From TPA_inf: Saccharomyces (lineage: Eukaryota), in NCBI GenBank assembly GCA_000146045.2, contig BK006943.2:256001-320000 (forward strand): a DNA stretch of 64,000 nt, in the 5' to 3' direction. The notes beneath the pieces are model-generated. The model did no database searches, was not told where the DNA came from, and saw nothing but the letters and a program-made list of their open reading frames with translations. How positions within the stretch are numbered: the first letter of the stretch is position 1; each line of letters starts with the position of its first letter. Below are positions 33,227 to 43,156 of this stretch, piece by piece. A program made the position numbers and the translations under genes.

Positions 33227-33587
33227 TGCAGTTATAATGGAAGGAGGGGGTGTGGGAAGTATATTTTAAGCGTGGTAACCAAAAGACAATAGACGGAAAG
33301 TTAGGAAATCAGAATGATTCACCTTAAAAATTATGCTAGATAAAAGACAGCAATTTCAAAGGAAAATAGAAAGTGCTGTTGTGTACTTAGACGTTCTTTT
33401 TCAAAGACGTTCAATTGAAAAGCTAATAGCCAATGTTTCGAAGGAAGTTCTGTACGAAATGTAAAAACTATAAATTAGTAAATATACTATCCGTTGCAAG
33501 TCTTTAAGAGCTACATTAAATTGAAATTGTCGAGTGTCGCCAACAACAATTCGCGAAAATGAGCGAAAATTTTTCAAGCCCACCGCT

Positions 33588-33612
33588 AAAAAAAAAAAAA
33601 AAAAGAAAAAAA
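33588..33612. repeat. Poly(dA) tract (A17 g A7) in the SCP160 promoter / PRY1 3' region.
   Basis: Homopolymer run read directly. Confidence 0.95.
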
Positions 33613-33874
33613 GGGACATAAATACGTATATCTCCAGAAAATGCCCAGTGGAGTGGATGAATACCTGATGGGCTATATTACTACATTATTGAAAACGTTT
33701 ACCAAAAGTTTCGTTACTGTATAAAAAAATTGGGGTATATAGGCGGGTATATATGGGTATACTTAGTGAACAAGGAACTGCTGAAGCAGAAAAATCCTCG
33801 TAAAACAATGAAGATAAAACGAACATTAAATGAAGGAATGAGAAAGAAGGATCAATGAAAACTTTTCTTGAAAG

Positions 33875-34774
33875 TTAAGCTAGGGGCTCGACATTATCGG
33901 CGTATTCGCCTTCGTAGTTTCCTGCGGGGTCGTAACTACAGATGACATAGTCACCCCATGCACCGCCACAGGTTTTGATGCCACAACCAACTTGGGTGGT
34001 GGACTTCCAAACGACTTGAGTAAAGTGGCCAGTGTTACTTGAAAAGCCTGGATTCGAGAAGTCGTAGTTGGAAATTTCATTGTACCAAGCGTCGACGGCA
34101 GCTGGGCCGTCATAACCCAAAGCCAAGTTTTCACCGTATGGACCGCCAGAATGGGTCAAAGTGCCGGAGCAATCATAGTTGTCAGCATAGTCTTGAGCGT
34201 AGGAGGCCAAAGTATCGGACCAGGACAAAGCTGGTGTGTCCTTGTGCAAAGCTCTCTTCTTGTTGTGTTCAGCCAACACAGAAGAGGCAAAATCTGACAG
34301 GTCACTATCCGAAGACGATGCTGAGCTAGTAGCAGCGGCTTGAGAAGTGGTGGTGGTAGCAGCGGGTGTGGAAGTGGTGGAAGCAGCAGCGGGTGTAGAA
34401 GTCGTAGTAGCTTGAGCCAACGATTGCGATGTAGATTCAGAAGATGTCAACGTGGTCGTTGAATCGGTAGTTTTACCCCAAACAGAGGCTAAGTTCTTCA
34501 AAGCAGACAAGACCACATCGGAATTGCTGGAAGCAGAGGAAGGAGCGACAGGGGGAGCAACCAAAGCTGTAGCTGTAGAAGTTGGAGTGGCAGTGGAAGC
34601 AGGAGCTAGTGTTTCGTAAGTTGTACGTGTTTGGCCGTTTTCGACATAAACTACGCCTTGCACAGTAACGACTGCAGCCTCATGGGCGTGTTCAGTGACA
34701 GTAACAACGGCAGGAGCGGCCAATGCAGACGTGGCTAAGGCGGAGGTTAAGATCGATAATTTAGAAAGTTTCAT
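33875..34774 (-). CDS. PRY1: Secreted CAP-superfamily (pathogenesis-related 1 like) sterol-binding protein Pry1. 299 aa.
   Basis: N-terminal signal peptide MKLSKLSILTSALATSALA, then a Ser/Thr/Ala-rich linker and a C-terminal CAP domain (HNKKRALH...GHFTQVVWKSTTQVGCG...YVICSYDPAGNY). Confidence 0.93.
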   Translation of the reverse strand: MKLSKLSILTSALATSALAAPAVVTVTEHAHEAAVVTVQGVVYVENGQTRTTYETLAPASTATPTSTATALVAPPVAPSSASSNSDVVLSALKNLASVWGKTTDSTTTLTSSESTSQSLAQATTTSTPAAASTTSTPAATTTTSQAAATSSASSSDSDLSDFASSVLAEHNKKRALHKDTPALSWSDTLASYAQDYADNYDCSGTLTHSGGPYGENLALGYDGPAAVDAWYNEISNYDFSNPGFSSNTGHFTQVVWKSTTQVGCGIKTCGGAWGDYVICSYDPAGNYEGEYADNVEPLA

Positions 34775-35335
34775 GATTTATCAATTACGGGATATTAAAA
34801 ACGAAGAAAAAGTAATATCAAAGAGCGGAAGAGTGTGGCGGCCTATAAAAAAAGAATGAATTGAAATAGCTTACGACGTAGCGATAGACCTAACGGTAGC
34901 AACTAGGATTGAAAAGAGAGCGCGATTGAAGATTCCTTGCTTGTTTTCAGAATAGAAAAATAGAGAATACGAAAAGAATAAATAATACAATTTCGGGTTC
35001 GTTAACAGAGGTGGGTTTATATATGGTATGGGTAAAATAGAGAAGTTAGAAATTATATAGTTCTAAAGAAGTAGAGAGTCAATAGCTGCAGGAAGCACAC
35101 GAGTGCTACAGTTGTTAACACGCAATAAACGGGTCCCTCTATCTAAAGCGACACAGGTAATGGGTATGCGATCCCTCCCCTTCGAGCAGACAGGCAATTT
35201 TTATCCACATCGGGAAATGACTCTGTGCGTACATATTACCTCTTTAGGAATAATAATTACTGTGATTGGCGCACGGGTGTGGAGGTGTCGCTCGTTTAGG
35301 AAAAAAAATGCATAGTTGGGTGTTGTTCGAGGAGT

Positions 35336-37981
35336 CTAGAAGGCGAACAGAACAGCTACGACAAAAGCGGCAATCGTTCCAGCTAGACTATTGCACTGGA
35401 AAATGGAAAGAGGTGTTGCAGCACCTTCGTATGCAGAAAGTTTTGCGGTGGTTGATGTGCCTTCTTTTAGTTGAGTGTAGATCGAGGAAGTTGGCTGATG
35501 CATGGCAGACCCGTCTTGTTGGCTGGTAGTTGAACGACCGTTGCTACCAGTAGTTGTTCTTGCACCTAGGCTTGTGCTGGAGGGCTTGGCATACAGTGTA
35601 GCAACAGTCTGTTGGTAGGTTGTTGTTGTGGAAGAGGTGCCTTCGTTTGAGGTGGATTTGACAGAAGTGGGCTCGTTTGGCTTTTCAGATGTGGCGAAAT
35701 CGCTAGCGAGAGAAGATGTTTCTCCGGGGTTAATGATAGTTGCGGCGTTGACTTCAGTGTAGATACTAGAAAAGGCAGTGTCATCATTTTCTAGACAAGT
35801 GGTTGTAGTTGAAGGGAAAGAAGAAGCTGGAACCACCGTGTTGGTTTTCATAGGCGATGTGGTTAGCTCACTGGTTTGGGTTGAGGCGCCGTTCAAAGTG
35901 CTACAAGATGTCGAGATTGTTCTAGTGAAGGCCGTCTCATCTGTAGAAGAAGCAGCGGAGGTAGGGAAATTACTATCCGTACTACAAGAAGCTGTGATGG
36001 TGTTTGTGATCAGATTGCTTTCAGTGGTGGTGGCAGTGGAGATGGCGAAGCTAGGACTATCGGAATAATCGCTCTCGGAAGTGCAGGTAGAGACTAACTG
36101 TGTGGTGTTGCTTGAGACACTAATACTGGTGGTTGTGCGTAAGCTATCTAAAGATGCGCCTGTGGAAGAAGATCCATATGTAGAGGTGTGTTTAGCATTG
36201 TCGGTTGGACTAGCTGAGTTGTCGGTAGGGTCCAATGTGGGATCTATGGTTACTGCGGTAGCTGCCCTTGTGGAGTTGTTAGCAGTAGTGGCCAAGGTTG
36301 TAGTACTCTTAGTAATGGCTGTGATGGTTGTGGTACTCGAATTTTCTAAAGTTGTGGTCTTCACGATACTAGAGCAATTTGTAGCAGGCACAGATGTGGC
36401 AAGCGCAGAGGATTGCTCGGATGTAATGGCGTATTCGGCAGCGTATGTTACACCGTGTCCTGACACAGAAGCACTGTTGGAGTAAATGCTACTCGATGTG
36501 GCGGCACTGTTACTAATATTCTTCTCTGTTGAACTTGAAGCCTGAGCAGTTTCCGAAGTGATACTTTCTGAGGCGGTTACTGAAGTGGTGGCGGTGTCCT
36601 TTGTGGTATGGGCTGTGCTACTAACTGAGGTTACAGATACGTCGGTGTTGACGGCTATAACGGAATTCAGAACAGATTGCGACACAGCTGAGGAAGAGAC
36701 GGCCCCGGAAGAACTTCTGGAAGATGACCCAAGTCTCGTTGCATATTGGGCAGCATTAGTTGCACTAGTTACTATACTAGTATGTTCGGAAACTGAGCTT
36801 GTGGCCTCCTTGGAAGTGCTACCCTGAATATCGTCAGCAGCTACAGATGATGATAATGAGGCGCTTACAGAAGAGGTTGTTTGAGCAGAAAACACAGTTG
36901 TGTTTGCAAACTTAACAGAATTAACTGAATTGGAAGTTACACTTCTGGAGCTTGCGGTGGAAGTAGTAAGAGTACTACTCAAAGGAGCAGAAACCATTGA
37001 TGAAGAGCTCGAGATGGCGCTGCTAGAAGAAGCGGCGTTCTCGGTACTCGCGCTGGAGGAAGCGGCAGCGGAACTTGAGGCAGGATCAGAAGAAGAAGCA
37101 GCAGCAGTGCTCGAGGTAGGGTCGGAAGAAGTGGTACTGGACGATGTAGCAACCGATGAGGTGGTGGTAGTGGATGAAGTAGCATCACTAGAGACGACGG
37201 TACTCGAGGAGGTAGCATAGGAAGTAGTGACAGAAGAGCTTGAGGCTGATGAGACAGTGGAGGATCCAACTGATTCTGTGCTACTAGTAATTACGGTAGA
37301 AGAGGACGCAGTGAGGGTAGCGGTCTTGGCAGGGTTTATGGTCGTCGATTTTAAAGAACTGCTGCTAGCCGCAGACGATACCGTTGTTGTATACCCTTGC
37401 GCTACAGCGGGCATAATACTGGATGAGATGGTGGAGACTGTGTCTGATGTAGTTGAGGTAGAAGAGGACGAGGATGAGGACGAGGAAACAGTGCTTATAA
37501 GTGGTTCCACTTCCTCTGCAAACTCACCCAGGTAGTTTCCAGGAGGGTTGTAGGAGCACACAATATAATTGTTCCATGTCGTACCACAATATTTATAACC
37601 ACATCCAATCTCGGCGGTTGACTTCCAAACCACCTGTGTGAAGTGACCCGTGGATTCAGAAAATCCGGGATTTGAATAATTATACTTGCTTATCTCCCCG
37701 TACCAGGCGTCCACCGCTCCCGTGTCTGTGTAACCAAGGGCAAGGTTCTCACCATATGGGCCATCGGAATGCGTTAAGACACCCGAACAATCATATTGGT
37801 CGGCGTAGTTCTGCGCATAGGTGGCCAGAGTGTCGGACCAGGTGAGCGGCGCTGTGTCAACATGTAGCGCTCTGAACTTGTTATGCTCGTTCAGCACATC
37901 GCTCTCGAAGTTTGGAAACGTGGTTTGTGCCTTGACGGCTACTAGGCATCCTAGCAGAACTGATATTGGAAACTCCAGCAT
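35336..37981 (-). CDS. PRY3: Cell-wall CAP-superfamily protein Pry3: N-terminal CAP domain, long Ser/Thr-rich stalk, C-terminal GPI-anchor signal. 881 aa.
   Basis: Signal peptide, then CAP domain (HNKFRALH...GHFTQVVWKSTAEIGCG...YIVCSYNPPGNY), then about 650 aa of S/T/A low complexity and a hydrophobic C-terminal tail. Confidence 0.93.
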   Translation of the reverse strand: MLEFPISVLLGCLVAVKAQTTFPNFESDVLNEHNKFRALHVDTAPLTWSDTLATYAQNYADQYDCSGVLTHSDGPYGENLALGYTDTGAVDAWYGEISKYNYSNPGFSESTGHFTQVVWKSTAEIGCGYKYCGTTWNNYIVCSYNPPGNYLGEFAEEVEPLISTVSSSSSSSSSTSTTSDTVSTISSSIMPAVAQGYTTTVSSAASSSSLKSTTINPAKTATLTASSSTVITSSTESVGSSTVSSASSSSVTTSYATSSSTVVSSDATSSTTTTSSVATSSSTTSSDPTSSTAAASSSDPASSSAAASSSASTENAASSSSAISSSSSMVSAPLSSTLTTSTASSRSVTSNSVNSVKFANTTVFSAQTTSSVSASLSSSVAADDIQGSTSKEATSSVSEHTSIVTSATNAAQYATRLGSSSRSSSGAVSSSAVSQSVLNSVIAVNTDVSVTSVSSTAHTTKDTATTSVTASESITSETAQASSSTEKNISNSAATSSSIYSNSASVSGHGVTYAAEYAITSEQSSALATSVPATNCSSIVKTTTLENSSTTTITAITKSTTTLATTANNSTRAATAVTIDPTLDPTDNSASPTDNAKHTSTYGSSSTGASLDSLRTTTSISVSSNTTQLVSTCTSESDYSDSPSFAISTATTTESNLITNTITASCSTDSNFPTSAASSTDETAFTRTISTSCSTLNGASTQTSELTTSPMKTNTVVPASSFPSTTTTCLENDDTAFSSIYTEVNAATIINPGETSSLASDFATSEKPNEPTSVKSTSNEGTSSTTTTYQQTVATLYAKPSSTSLGARTTTGSNGRSTTSQQDGSAMHQPTSSIYTQLKEGTSTTAKLSAYEGAATPLSIFQCNSLAGTIAAFVVAVLFAF

Positions 37982-37984
37982 AAG

Positions 37985-38017
37985 CGTTTTCGTTTTAAGT
38001 TGTTTTAAGTTGTTTGG
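37985..38017. repeat. Tandem 10-bp direct repeat GTTTTAAGTT with two perfect copies and flanking partial copies, immediately 5' of the PRY3 ATG.
   Basis: cgttttcgttttaagttgttttaagttgtttgg read directly. Confidence 0.9.
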
Positions 38018-38665
38018 AGTTGCAGGGGTGCAGCAATTATAATTTTATGCCGATATTGGTTTGGCAACTACCGAAAAGCAAGAAGCTAAAAACTTTGAAG
38101 TATAGAATATGTTTTAGAGAATTCTTCGACCGAGTTGAAACATGAGAACTGTTTCATCGGCCCTATATAGCAATTACATCCTTCCGTTGCTGGGTCCCTG
38201 CCTAGATACCATATTTGTTGTTGAATTAACCGCGGGAACCCGCAATATACGAAAGACGAACACAAGAGAGCAAGCACACACAGCTAGTGCGTAGCGTTGC
38301 TAGCTATATTGCCATGGTACCTACCTTTCACCTCCTTGTTAAATCCATAAGTGGACGGTTTTCCTAAACCAGTATTTATCAGTTCTCGAGCACGCAGAGA
38401 AAAGTAAACGAAGCGACCTGCATTGCGGTAACTATAAACACCCAGCCGCCTCCAGCAGAACCAGCCATGTGCGAAGAAAAACAATTTTTCGGCCAAACTT
38501 ACCAACAATAGCGACGCGTTCCTCACATCGTTGGGTTTTTTTCGCCTCTCTTCAAGTTTCCTATACCCGAGCTTAACACAACACAACGGACCCTCTTAAT
38601 TAGAGGTATCCTCCGTTCTTTTCTTCCGCTTTCCTAATCGAGATACCAGAGCACGGAACAGGACC

Positions 38666-39061
38666 CTAGTGCATCGGAGAGGAGATCCGTGGCACGCTCA
38701 CTGCGCCTTTCACTATCACCGATTTCGTAATTCGAACAGGAGTATTTCGCTGCAGGGGAATTACTGTTTGTAGACGAGGGAAAGCAATTATCAGATACAT
38801 GCCAGGGATAGCGTTCAAGGGGAAAGACATGGTTAAGGCAATACAGTTTTTAGAAATAGTCGTTCCTTGCCACTGTACGACCTGAACTTTACTCAACGAA
38901 AAAAAAATTGGAAAAAAAATAGTGCATAACGTTGCTATTAACAGATGTAGTACTGATATGTCCCTGATTGGTGAAGAGTCAGAATGATATAAGCCTATTT
39001 GATATGTACGTGTACGTATTCGAAAATAAGATTTGTTTCTCGTAGGGAGCGATATGTGCAT
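38666..39061 (-). CDS. ICS3: Small protein Ics3 (YJL077C), 131 aa if started at Met22 of the 152-aa track ORF.
   Basis: Position and orientation between PRY3 and NET1 fit YJL077C. I recall a 131-aa product, which corresponds to the internal Met at 39059-39061. The longer ORF to 39124 cannot be excluded from sequence alone. Confidence 0.5.
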   Translation of the reverse strand: MHISLPTRNKSYFRIRTRTYQIGLYHSDSSPIRDISVLHLLIATLCTIFFPIFFSLSKVQVVQWQGTTISKNCIALTMSFPLNAIPGMYLIIAFPRLQTVIPLQRNTPVRITKSVIVKGAVSVPRISSPMH

Positions 39062-39244
39062 TATGTTACCCGTTCCACATGTTTTGAACTTTTTTTCTTT
39101 TTCATGGTAAGCGTCAATAATCAATTTGAATAACTAGTGAAGAGTAGCTAGCACGATGAAATAAGTGCCGGAGCTGATCGAATCCCTAGTCTCGGTTCGC
39201 CTGAAACAGAGAGAAGTCGATTACTGTACACCGTGCCTCCTTCT

Positions 39245-42200
39245 ATGTACAAGCTACAAGTGGTCTTGGTGCCTCCGAGTCTTCAGGCGACGATGCCAAT
39301 ACAGTTTGGCTACGGACCAACCATCGCCGAATCTTCTCAATTGTTGCCAAACAGAACTAATATGGCGCAAAGCGCCGGAGATGCCTCTTTGCAGTATGCT
39401 AATCTGAGATCTGCCAATGTGAGTTTCACGCCAAGCTATTTCAACCAGTCTAGGTTTAGGAAGTTTCTTTTGTTTACCAAGCCGACAAACACGCTGTTGA
39501 ACTTGAGTGATGAAATCATCGATAAGTGTGAAAAAATGTACCCGAGTTTGCAAGAAGACATTGAAATTTTGAGTTTGCAAGATAACAGCGGTTGTGACCT
39601 TGATCCGGATTTTTTGGTAAAGGACGTTTTCAATGTAAATAATATCGTAAGAGTTATATTGAAGAATGAGATAGATCTGGACGATTCCGCACCAGTGTCA
39701 CTTTATAAGTCGGTAAAACGATCCAAGTTGAACAACGGGTCGCCCCAGTCGGTGCAGCCGCAACAACAAATCCCGTCCTCTTCAGGTGTTCTTCGGATTG
39801 CCAAGAAGAGGCCACCTACAGGAACCACGACAACAACAACCATTCGTAGTGCCACTAATGGATCCATGAGGGTTTCTACCCCATTGGCTAGGCAAATTTA
39901 TCCTCCACCTTCTTCGAAGATCGTCTCCAACAACTCAGATGACGAAGACGAAGACATTGGTGAAAGATCCTTTTTGCCGCCTCCAACGCAGCCTCAGTCA
40001 CCTCCCATAAGAATTAGTTCGGGCATTGACGCAGGTAAAAAAATAAAATCAAGCATCGTCGAGGAAGATATCGTGTCCAGATCAGCAACCGTGGATCCAG
40101 ATAAAACAAAGCAGCAACGTCTATTGTCCGGAACTCCTATAATGTCCACCATGACTCCAAACAGAGTTACTCTTACCGGTCAGAGAGTGGTTTCTGAACA
40201 CGCACATAAAAACGAATTGGTTTTCTCTGCTTCAGCTTCTTCCTCTTCATTTGCTAATGGTGGCACAGCTGCTGTCACTGCTCAGGACATTAATAGGAAA
40301 CCACCCGTAACCACTCCAAGAATAACATCAGGAATGTTGAAAATCCCCGAGCCAAGAATCTCAGAGATTGAAAAAGAGTTAAAAGAGGGACCTTCCAGTC
40401 CGGCCTCCATTTTACCCGCTAAAGCTGCAAAGATTCCAATGAAAAAACCTTACTTGGAAAATGGCGAGAACTACGAATCCGACGATAGCTCAAGTAGCGA
40501 AAACCAAGAAACTCCTGAAACAGAACCACATTCAAAGGCTTCCTTGCAACGTAGTCAAAGCTCCATCGCAGATAATAATGGCTCTCCGGTGAAAAATAGT
40601 CCTCTCGGTGATGCCATGCCACACAATGTGCATTTAGCAGAACTTCCCAAGGCAAGCAATACCTCGATCACCAAATCTTCAAATGGCGAATCCTGGGGAA
40701 AGCAACAAGAACATCAACCACCAAGAAAGAGTTCACTGGAAACTATAGTGGAAAAGAAATCTCAGGCGGAACCTTCCGGTATTGTGGAACCGAAAAGAAT
40801 GACTAATTTCCTAGATGATAATCAGGTAAGAGAAAAAGAAGATACGAATGATAAACTTTTAGAAAAGGAAATTTTGCCGACAATTCCACATAATGATCAG
40901 CCAATACTTGCATCATCTGATAAGTCTAATGGGACGTTGAAATCACTAGCTGGGAAAGTTAGTTCAAACAACAACGCTTCAAAGGAAGATGGCACTATCA
41001 TTAACGGCACCATTGAGGACGATGGCAATGATAATGATGAAGTTGATACTACGGTTCGTATTGTTCCTCAAGATTCAGATTCCTCTAGTTTCCCAAAGTC
41101 AGATCTTTTCAAAATGATCGAAGGTGATGATACAGATCTACCGCAATGGTTTAAGGGCAAAAATTCGAGAACTTCCGGTAATTCCAAAAATTCAAAGCCT
41201 TACACAACGGTTTTGAATAAAGACATAGACAATTCTAAGCCAGATCCAAGAAATATTTTGCCCCAGCGAACCCCAAGAAGTGCGGCTAAGAGGGCTGCCC
41301 AATTATTGGCAGGTGCCAAGAAAAACGAAGTCCCACAGAAAAGTACTGAAGATTCTAGTTCGGCAGCGTCCACAGACGATGAGTCAGAGAGTGGGATTGA
41401 AACAGATTTCTCATCAGACGATGATTTTAAAAGGAAAAATATGTCGGTGCCTAATAATGGGCCCAAAGACATTTCTTTACATTCTTTGAAAGGCAGTGTT
41501 GTTCCAGTGAAAGACTCAAAGATAATCAATAAAGAAGTTGATGAAGAAAGAAACGACAAAAGAGATAGTCAAAAAAAGTCAGCCGTGAGTGAATCTTCAG
41601 TAACAAATAGCAAAATAAGTGAACAAATGGCGAAAAGCTTTTATCCGAATTCAAACAAGAAGCAAAATGAAGCTACAAAGGTGGAAACTAAGCCAGCAAC
41701 ACAAGCATCGTCTTTTCCTGTTGTTGGTGGGTCTCCTTCTGTTGCTACTAAAGGAACTACCTCTTTCAATGAAGAAGGAAATCGTAAAAATGTTAAAACG
41801 AAGGCCAAGAATGAGTCTGCGCAGATTGATAGGCAGCAGAAGGAAACAACTTCTAGGGTTGCAGATTTGAAAAGCGCAAACATAGGAGGTGAAGACTTGA
41901 ACAAGAAAGCAGAGGGGTCCAAGGAACCAGAAAAAGCATCTGCCAATATACAGGATGCTAACGATAAAAATAACTCGAAGGAAAAAGAAGACTCCAAAAG
42001 CAAACAGGTATCTCAGAAAAAGTTAAAAATGACAGATCACTTAAAAGAAGGCAATGTTCAGCTTCCTAAGCCCAGTGCAAATGATAAATTGAAGGATTTG
42101 AAGGCTAAATTTACTAATAGTAAAACACTCGTGCCACCTGGAATAATTTCTAATGAAAAAAATAATTCTAGTGCAAACGATGATGATTCTAGCTCCTCAG

Positions 42201-42814
42201 GTTCTTCCACAGAAGACGAGTCTAGTTCATCTTCCTCGTCTTCTGATGAGGAAACTTCAACATCCAGGAAGGCTAGAAGAGTTGTTGTAAATACACCAAG
42301 AGAACCAGTTAGATCTTCATCTAAGATTGAAGCCCCCTCTCCATCTGTTAACAAAAAAATCAATGCCACCCCTGATAAAATTCCAGTTACACAGCTAATG
42401 GACATGTCGTCTCCTCCGTCAGTTAAATCCAAGACCACCTCAAATCCGTCTAGTATACTTCATGACCTTCCAAGAAAAGTTCGTCCTTCTTTGAGTTCAT
42501 TATCTGATCTTGTTTCAAGAGGCATCCCAGATGTAAAGGAAAAAACTTCTAAATCGAATGAGAAGTCACAAACAAAAGCCCCTTCAAGTAGTGATGATGA
42601 ATCTAGCTCTGATTCTGACTCTAACTCCAGTTCGGACTCCGTATCGGATTCCAGTTCAGATTCTAAATCTGAGTCAGATTCTGATGACTCAGGGGATTCA
42701 TCTGATGATGGAAAAAGTTTTATTAGTGCGAAATCCGCTAGTGCTGCTTTAGGTAAGAAGAAGAAGCCAAGTGGTGGATTTGCATCATTAATAAAAGATT
42801 TCAAGAAAAAATGA
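39245..42814 (+). CDS. NET1: Net1, the nucleolar RENT-complex core subunit that anchors Cdc14 and Sir2. 1189 aa.
   Basis: I start at Met5 of the track ORF ([34 protein letters not shown]...), giving 1189 aa. The rest is extremely Ser-rich and phospho-acceptor-rich with an acidic Ser/Asp C-terminus. Confidence 0.9.
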
Positions 42815-43156
42815 TACCAGAAAGTCTCAGTAGAATACACGTCACAGAAAGCTAGTAAAAAAAAATAATCAAGCATATAAAAGTATTAATATATTAAAAA
42901 ATCTTCATGTAAACCAATTCTTATTTACCTCTTTTCCCAGCAAGCGGGCAACTTCTTTAAGAAAAGTAATCTTTTTTGTACGTCGAATTATCAAAGCTTG
43001 GTTACTATATTTAACATTATTGTTTAGTAACAGTATCATCTTAAAAGAAAATTTTTTAAAATTCCAATATAGGAGACAATGGTAATAATTACATACAAAT
43101 AGCTATTTATGTAAGCAAAACTGATATTTTTATATACAAATCGTTTCAAATATCTC

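Noticed and set aside
35170-35225. CCCCT and ATGACTC motifs about 400-440 bp upstream of PRY1.
   Set aside because: They are single short cores at a distance from the start with no supporting context. I list them only as possible Msn2/4 or Gcn4/Yap sites.
35566-37535. Cluster of antisense and alternate-frame ORFs inside PRY3 (35566.., 35778.., 36081.., 36558.., 36900.., 36979.., 37227..), including the Pro/Leu-rich 96-aa one.
   Set aside because: They are by-products of the monotonous Ser/Thr/Ala codon usage, which removes stop codons from the other frames. They have no independent start context or domain.
39066-39072. Reb1-like TTACCCG between ICS3 and NET1.
   Set aside because: It sits 5 bp from the ICS3 Met I chose, or inside the longer ICS3 reading. 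That is too close to the ATG to be a clean promoter element, and a 7-mer occurs by chance.
42058-42876. Antisense ORFs 42058-42438 and 42460-42876 with acidic, Ser-rich products, plus others inside NET1 (39254.., 39436.., 40419.., 41200.., 41641..).
   Set aside because: They mirror the NET1 Ser/Asp/Glu low-complexity coding, the same artifact as in PRY3. One corresponds to a known dubious ORF overlapping NET1.
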